From positions 508,410 to 572,409 of the forward strand of contig CAWIWC010000010.1 of NCBI GenBank assembly GCA_963839745.1: a DNA stretch of 64,000 bases, in the 5' to 3' direction. Source of the DNA: an uncultured Actinomycetes bacterium (GTDB lineage: Bacteria; Actinomycetota; Thermoleophilia; Gaiellales; Gaiellaceae). Every line of letters starts with the position of its first letter. Positions within the stretch are counted from its first letter, which is position 1. This document shows positions 58,945 through 64,000 of this stretch, in pieces. The position numbers and the translations under genes are program-made. The notes below the pieces were generated by a model, which made no database searches, was not told where the DNA came from, and saw only the letters and a program-made list of their open reading frames with translations.

Positions 58945-60062
58945 TCGGCTACGGTGTTGTCCAGATGCGCCGACCGGCCATCCTAGGGGTCGTCCTTGCC
59001 ACGCTCGCAACCGCGCTCGCCTTCCCAGGCGTCGCGTCGTCCGTGCGCCTGACACTGGTCGCCGGAGGCTTCGACAACATCACGCAGGTCACGGCCCCGC
59101 GCCGCGGAGACGCCGCGCGCACGCTCTACGTCGTGGAGCAGGAGGGCCAGATCTGGAAGCTCAGCGGCGGCACGCGCACGCTCTTCCTCGACATCACCGA
59201 CCTGACCGTCGACGGCGGTGAGCGCGGCCTGCTCGGGCTCGCCTTCGACCCCCAGTACCAGTCGAACCACATGATCTACATCAACTACACGAACAACAAC
59301 GGGGATACGCGGGTCGCGCGCTACACCGCGAACCCCGCGCACACCGCCGTGAACGAGAGCACGCGCCGCCAGCTGCTCTCCCTCGACCAGCCCGCCACGA
59401 ACCACAACGGCGGGCGGCTGGTGTTCGCGCCGAACGGCCGGCTCATCACCGCCCAGGGCGACGGCGGCGGGAGCTGCGACCCCGGTGGCCGCGCGCAAAA
59501 CCTCAGGAGCCGCCACGGCAAGCTCCTGAGTCTCAACCCGCGCTCGATCAGCTCGGGCTGGCGCATCGACGCGTACGGCCTGCGGAACCCGTGGGGCGTC
59601 TCCTTCGACCGCCAGACCAACCGGATGTACATCGCGGACGTCGGCCAGGGCCGCTACGAGGAGATCAACACGATGAGGCCGACGCGGCTCGGGAGCACGC
59701 CCGAGAACTTCCTTTGGGACGTCTGGGAGGGTCGTGCCCGTAGCGGCTGCTCGAACAACGGCCTGCGCGGCAACGGCGCCCGGTTCTTCCCGATCTCGGT
59801 CTACAGCCACTCCCTCGGTTGCTCGGTGACCGGCGGCTATGCCTACCGCGGCGCGGTGCTGAGCTCGCTGCGCGGCTGGTACGTCTTCGGCGACTTCTGC
59901 AGCGGCCGCATCTGGCGCCTCAAGTACATGAACGGCAGGCTCGTCCGCGGCCGCACGCTCATGCTGGACACGAACCTCAACATCACCTCGTTCGGCGAGG
60001 GCGTGCAGGGCGAGCTCTACGTGACGCACCAGCCCGGCCAGGTCTGGCGCATCGTTCGCTAG
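58941..60062 (+). CDS. PQQ-dependent sugar dehydrogenase (soluble glucose/sorbosone dehydrogenase-like beta-propeller), secreted
   Basis: The ATG at 58941 overlaps the upstream stop (ATGA). A signal peptide is present. The motifs GERGLLGLAFDPQY, HNGGRLVFAPNGRL...GDGG and GLRNPWGVSFD are present. Confidence 0.8.
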   Translation: MIGYGVVQMRRPAILGVVLATLATALAFPGVASSVRLTLVAGGFDNITQVTAPRRGDAARTLYVVEQEGQIWKLSGGTRTLFLDITDLTVDGGERGLLGLAFDPQYQSNHMIYINYTNNNGDTRVARYTANPAHTAVNESTRRQLLSLDQPATNHNGGRLVFAPNGRLITAQGDGGGSCDPGGRAQNLRSRHGKLLSLNPRSISSGWRIDAYGLRNPWGVSFDRQTNRMYIADVGQGRYEEINTMRPTRLGSTPENFLWDVWEGRARSGCSNNGLRGNGARFFPISVYSHSLGCSVTGGYAYRGAVLSSLRGWYVFGDFCSGRIWRLKYMNGRLVRGRTLMLDTNLNITSFGEGVQGELYVTHQPGQVWRIVR

Positions 60063-60070
60063 CGGCCGGC

Positions 60071-60797
60071 GTGCGCTACCAGTTCGTCGACTGCCGGTGG
60101 GAGCTTGGGAGCCCGGGGCGCGGGCGCGAGCTCTACCTCGAGGGCCACGTCCCGGGGGCGTCCTTCCTCGACGTCGAGGCTGACCTCTCGTCGCCTCCGT
60201 CGACCCCCGGCGGCCGGCATCCGCTGCCGGCGTTGGAGGACTTCGCGCGGGCGGCCGGGGCGGCCGGCATCGGGCCCGGCGTGTTCGTCGTCGCCTACGA
60301 CCAGGGCATGAACGGCGGGGCCGCGCGGCTCTGGTGGCTCCTGCGGCACTGCGGGCACGACGACGTCGCGGTCCTCGACGGCGGCATCGAGGCGTGGATG
60401 GGACCGCTTCGCGCCGGCGAGGAGGAGATCGAGCCGGCGGAGTTCGTCGCGCGGCCGCGCGAGGACGACACGATCGAGGCCGACGAGCTCGAGTCGCGGC
60501 TCGAGGACGACCTGCTCACGATCGTCGATGCGCGCCTTCCGGAGCGCTACCGGGGCGAGGTCGAGCCCATCGATCCAGTCGCCGGCCACATTCCCGGCGC
60601 CCGCAACGCGCCGTATCACCGACGAGCTGCCCGCCGACCTGCTGGAGGCCGACGGGATCGTCGCCTACTGCGGCTCCGGGATCACTGCCGCCGTCGTCCT
60701 CCTCCGGCTGCACCAGGCCGGGCGCGACGACGCGAAGCTCTATCCCGGCTCGTGGAGCGACTGGGTCGGCCGCGGGCTGCCCGTCGAGACCGGCTAG
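60071..60797 (+). pseudogene. Rhodanese-domain sulfurtransferase (thiosulfate/3-mercaptopyruvate sulfurtransferase-like), one frame change near 60615
   Basis: The N-terminal part (FVDCRWELG...YLEGHVPGASFLD ... RYRGEVEPIDPVAGHIPGARNAPY) lies in the 59819 frame. The C-terminal part (IVAYCGSGITAAVVLLRLHQAG...YPGSWSDW, catalytic Cys loop) lies in the 60528..60797 frame. Confidence 0.75.
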
Positions 60798-61753
60798 GCG
60801 AGGGAGATCTCGACCACACCGTCGAACGCGGGCGCGTCGGGCTCCGTCCGGTAGCGCTCGTAGACGAGCGCGGCGACGGCGAGGTCCTGCACGGCGAGGC
60901 CGGTCGAGTCGAAGACGGTGATCTCGTCGGGGCTCTCCCGGCCGGGCGCGTCGCCGAGCAGGATGTGCCCGAGCTCCGTCACGTTCTCGCGCGCGATCGA
61001 CCCGGCCTCGACGGCCCGGCTGATGTCGCCGTTGTGGCTCGCCTGCTCCCACTCGTCGACGACGACCCGCGAGCGGAGGAGCTCCTCCACCGCGATCTCG
61101 GCCTTTCCGGGCCCGTCGGCGCCCATGAGGGACACGTGCTGCCCGGATCGGAGGCTTCCGGGCGGGAAGAGGATCTCGCGTCCGGGCGTGACCGTGGCGA
61201 CGACGTCCGCGCCGAGCGCCTCGTCGCGCGAGCCGGTGGCAACCGCGCCGAGCTCGTCCGCGACCTCGGCCGCCCGCCCGGCGTCGACGTCCCACAGCAG
61301 GACGCCCCTTCCGCGGGCGAGGAACGTCCGTGCGACCGCGCGCCCGTTGACGCCGCAGCCGATCACCGCCGCAGGCCCACCGTCCGCCGCGAGCGTCTCG
61401 GCGGCCAGGACGGCGGCCGCGCCGGTCCGCAACGCCGTGAGCGCGCCGGCGTCCAGCTCCGCGAGCAGGCGGCCGTCGGAAGCGTCCGAGAGCAGCACGA
61501 TGCCGCTGACCGTGGGGAGGCCGCGCTCGGGGTTCCGCGGGAAGGACGTGACCCACTTGACCGCGGCGTAGCCGCCCCCGCGCGCCGGCATCGCGCGGAA
61601 GTCGCCGTCCGGCGGCGCCTCGACGTAGACCTTCGAGGGCATGAGCCACTCGCCGCGCGCGTGCGCGAGGAAGGCCTCCCGCACGGCGTCGACAGCTGCG
61701 CCGGGATCGACGGCCCCGTAGACGTGCCTGGCGGAGAAGACCGGGATGCTCAT
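60794..61753 (-). CDS. Ornithine cyclodeaminase / mu-crystallin family protein
   Basis: The 319-aa intact ORF reads AVKWVTSFPRNPERGLP...LTALRTGAAAVLAA...VIGCGVNGRA...TVFDSTGLAVQD. Confidence 0.85.
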   Translation of the reverse strand: MSIPVFSARHVYGAVDPGAAVDAVREAFLAHARGEWLMPSKVYVEAPPDGDFRAMPARGGGYAAVKWVTSFPRNPERGLPTVSGIVLLSDASDGRLLAELDAGALTALRTGAAAVLAAETLAADGGPAAVIGCGVNGRAVARTFLARGRGVLLWDVDAGRAAEVADELGAVATGSRDEALGADVVATVTPGREILFPPGSLRSGQHVSLMGADGPGKAEIAVEELLRSRVVVDEWEQASHNGDISRAVEAGSIARENVTELGHILLGDAPGRESPDEITVFDSTGLAVQDLAVAALVYERYRTEPDAPAFDGVVEISLA

Positions 61754-61781
61754 GGCGGAAGCGCGCGTATCCTAGGCCCCC

Positions 61782-62660
61782 GTGCAGGTCACCGTCTGTG
61801 ACGTGGGCCCGCGCGACGGCCTCCAGAACGAGCAGACGGTGCTGGAGCCGCCCGTGCGCGCGGAGCTCGTAAACCGCCTCGCGGCCGCGGGCCTCCCGGC
61901 CGTGGAGGTCGTCAGCTTCGTCCACCCGGAGCGCGTCCCGCAGATGGCCGGCGCCGAGGAGGTGGTGGCGGGCATCGACCGCCGCCCGGGCGTCGTGTAC
62001 TCCGGGCTCGTCCTCAATGCGAAGGGCGCCGAGCGCTTCGCGGCGACCGACCTCGACTCGCTGCACTTCAACCTCGCCGCGACCGAGAGCTTCGGCCGCG
62101 AGAACCAGAACGCCACGCCCGAGGAGGCGCTCGCGGTGCTGGCGGCCATCGAGACGGACAAGCCGGTGAGCGTGTCCGTCAGCGTCGCCTTCGGCTGCCC
62201 CTTCGAGGGCGCCGTCGACCCGGCCCGGGTGCTGGAGATCGTCGACCGCGCGAGCGAGCTCGGCGCCGACGAGGTCGTCCTCGCCGACACGATCGGCGTC
62301 GCGGTGCCGCGCCAGGTGAAGGAGCTCGTCTCCGAGACCGCGCGCCGCGCGCCCCGGACGGGCATCCACCTGCACAACACCAGGAACACCGGGTTCGCTG
62401 CTGCCTATGCGGCTCTCGAGGCCGGCGCGACCGTCTTCGAGGCCTCCGTCGGAGGGCTGGGCGGCTGCCCGTTCGCGCCGCGCGCCACCGGCAACGTCGC
62501 CACCGAGGACCTCGTCTACCTCCTGCACGGGGAGGGGGTGGAAACGGGTGTCGACCTCGACGCGCTCATCGCTGTCTCCGAGTGGCTCGAGTCCCTCTTC
62601 GGACGGGAGCTCCCCGGCCAGGTCTACCGGGCCGGAGCCTTCGCGCCGGTCTCGGGCTGA
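61782..62660 (+). CDS. Hydroxymethylglutaryl-CoA lyase
   Basis: The 292-aa intact ORF reads VCDVGPRDGLQNE...SFVHPERVPQMA...ADTIGVAVP...HLHNTRNTGFAAAYAALEAG...GGLGGCPFAPRATGNVATEDLVYLL. Confidence 0.88.
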   Translation: MQVTVCDVGPRDGLQNEQTVLEPPVRAELVNRLAAAGLPAVEVVSFVHPERVPQMAGAEEVVAGIDRRPGVVYSGLVLNAKGAERFAATDLDSLHFNLAATESFGRENQNATPEEALAVLAAIETDKPVSVSVSVAFGCPFEGAVDPARVLEIVDRASELGADEVVLADTIGVAVPRQVKELVSETARRAPRTGIHLHNTRNTGFAAAYAALEAGATVFEASVGGLGGCPFAPRATGNVATEDLVYLLHGEGVETGVDLDALIAVSEWLESLFGRELPGQVYRAGAFAPVSG

Positions 62661-62661
62661 G

Positions 62662-64000
62662 GCCTTCCCGCTCGTCCTCGCGCTCGGCTCGCTGCTCGCC
62701 GGCGCCGGGATCCTGCTCGCGCGCATCGTCGACGACGTCCACGGCAAGCCGCTCTTCGAGGACGAGGCCGTCAGCGGCCTGATCGCCGCCCGCCCGCTCG
62801 GCGAGGTCATCGAGACGGTCATGTGGGAGCGCGGCGGCGGCCCGCTCCACTTCGTCTTCTCGCACATCGCGCTCGCCTTCGACTCGTCGCCCTTCGCGCT
62901 CCGCTGGCTCTCGGTCGTCTTCGCGCTCGCCGCCCTGCCGCTCTGCTGGGACGTCGGCCGGCGCCTGGGCGGGCCCGTGGCCGGCGCGGTCGCCGCCCTG
63001 GTCGTCGCCACGTCGTCGTTCCTGCTCGTCTACGGGACGTTCGCGCGGATGTACACGCTGTACGTGTTTGCCGCCGCGCTCGCGGTCGACCTCTTCCTCG
63101 TCGCCAACGAGAAGCGCACCGGGCGGTGGGCGTTCGCGGCGGCCGGCGCGGCGTGGCTCTTGCCCGCGATCCATCCGTACGGGGCCTTCCTCGTCATGGC
63201 CGAGGCGGCCGTGGCGCTGTGGCTCTGGCGCGGGCGTCCGTTCCGGCCCGCGCTGCCGGCGCTCGCAGTCGGGGTGGCGATGATCCCGTTCGCGATCGCC
63301 GACATACGCCTGGCGGATCGCTTCGCGGTGGGGCTCGACGGGGAGGAGTCGATCGCCGCGCCGACGGACGCCTGGGGTCAGCTCGGCCGCGCCTTCTCGG
63401 CGACCGCCGGCGGCTCCGGGATCTGGGCGGGGCTCTTCATCGTCGCGCTGACCGCGGGGCTGGTGCTGCTCGTCCGCCGGAACGGCGCCTTCGTCGCCCT
63501 GTGCCTGGTCGCCTTCCTGCTCCCGCCGGCCCTGCTCCTCCTCGGCCGCTCGGGAACCGAGCCGGGTCTCTCGCCGCGACACCTGGTCTACGTCGTGCCG
63601 CTCGTCGGCGCGCTGATCGGCGTGGCGGTGGCGCGCGCGGTGCAGGGGCGCGGGGAGCTCGTCTCCGCGGGCGCGGTCGTGCTGACCGGCGTCCTGCTCG
63701 TCGCCTCACCGTTCGGCGGCATCCGCGACCCGCGCGACTGGCAGAACGACGTGCTCGGCGGAGGGCCGCCCGACACGGCGCTCGGCTCGGAAGACAGGGT
63801 CGCGGCCCCCGCTGCATGGCTGAACGAGAACGTCGAGGAGGGCGACGTCCTCTATCCGTATTCGGCCGTCTACTGGGCCGGGCTGCCCGCGACCGGCGAC
63901 GCCGAGGTGCTGCCGTACTCCCAGCGCGAGCTGATCCTGCGGGCCGTCGACCGGATCGAGCCCCCTGTCGAGCGGGTGGTCGTCTCCGTCCCGCTCGGCG
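62662..64000 (+). CDS. Polytopic membrane protein resembling family-39 / ArnT-PMT-type glycosyltransferases; 3' partial (runs off the window), start not identified
   Basis: My own translation of the frame beginning 62662 is open to nt 64000. It reads ...FPLVLALGSLLAGAGILLARIVDDVHGKPLFEDEAVSGLIAARPLGEVIETVMWERGGGPLHFVFSHIALAF...ARMYTLYVFAAALAV... with 8 or more helices. It is absent from the ORF track because it has no stop in the window. No ATG or GTG lies in frame before the first TM helix. Confidence 0.45.

Overview
This window is very GC-rich bacterial chromosomal DNA. GTG and TTG starts are frequent, third codon positions are almost all G/C, and long Arg/Ala/Pro-rich shadow ORFs occur in every frame. 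Gene content looks Actinomycetota-like: MalT-type LuxR regulators, class III cyclase-ATPase-TPR proteins, an ECF sigma factor, MarR, YceI and an L,D-transpeptidase. I cannot place it more precisely without a search.

I support about 60 protein-coding genes or gene remnants. I found no rRNA, CRISPR array, transposase, integrase or phage structural genes. All function calls rest on motif and domain recognition from the translated ORFs, done from memory with no database search.

Four things stand out.
1. Nt 26768-28085 is a 1,318-nt block of pure homopolymers (about 1024 T, 59 A, 235 G). It butts a C-terminally clipped 2Fe-2S (CoxS-like) gene against the middle of an unrelated M1 metallopeptidase gene. 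This is almost certainly an assembly, padding or synthetic junction rather than biology.
2. Frame-disrupting lesions are extremely unevenly distributed. Dozens of indels break recognisable genes between about 5.6 and 36 kb, worst at 12.8-16 kb and 21.3-26.3 kb. About 21 kb (39-60 kb) of equally GC-rich, long multi-domain genes is perfectly intact.
3. The first 14 kb holds paralogous membrane-protein sets: YihY x2, LPG-synthase-TM-like x2, AI-2E x3 and CMD x2. The more distal copy of each YihY, LPG-TM and AI-2E set is disrupted. There is also a recent tandem AI-2E duplication whose junction carries an arylsulfatase C-terminal remnant and a tRNA-like 70-mer.
4. Several uncharacterised modules in the intact half deserve follow-up:
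- an ATP-grasp / small membrane protein / ferritin-like di-iron operon, with a divergent cupin plus papain-like peptidase;
- a tandem pair of small 'VPHHWWLI' paralogs sitting between c-di-GMP and cyclase-STAND signalling genes;
- an ATPase-TPR-cyclase protein whose domain order is reversed relative to the canonical copy in the same window.
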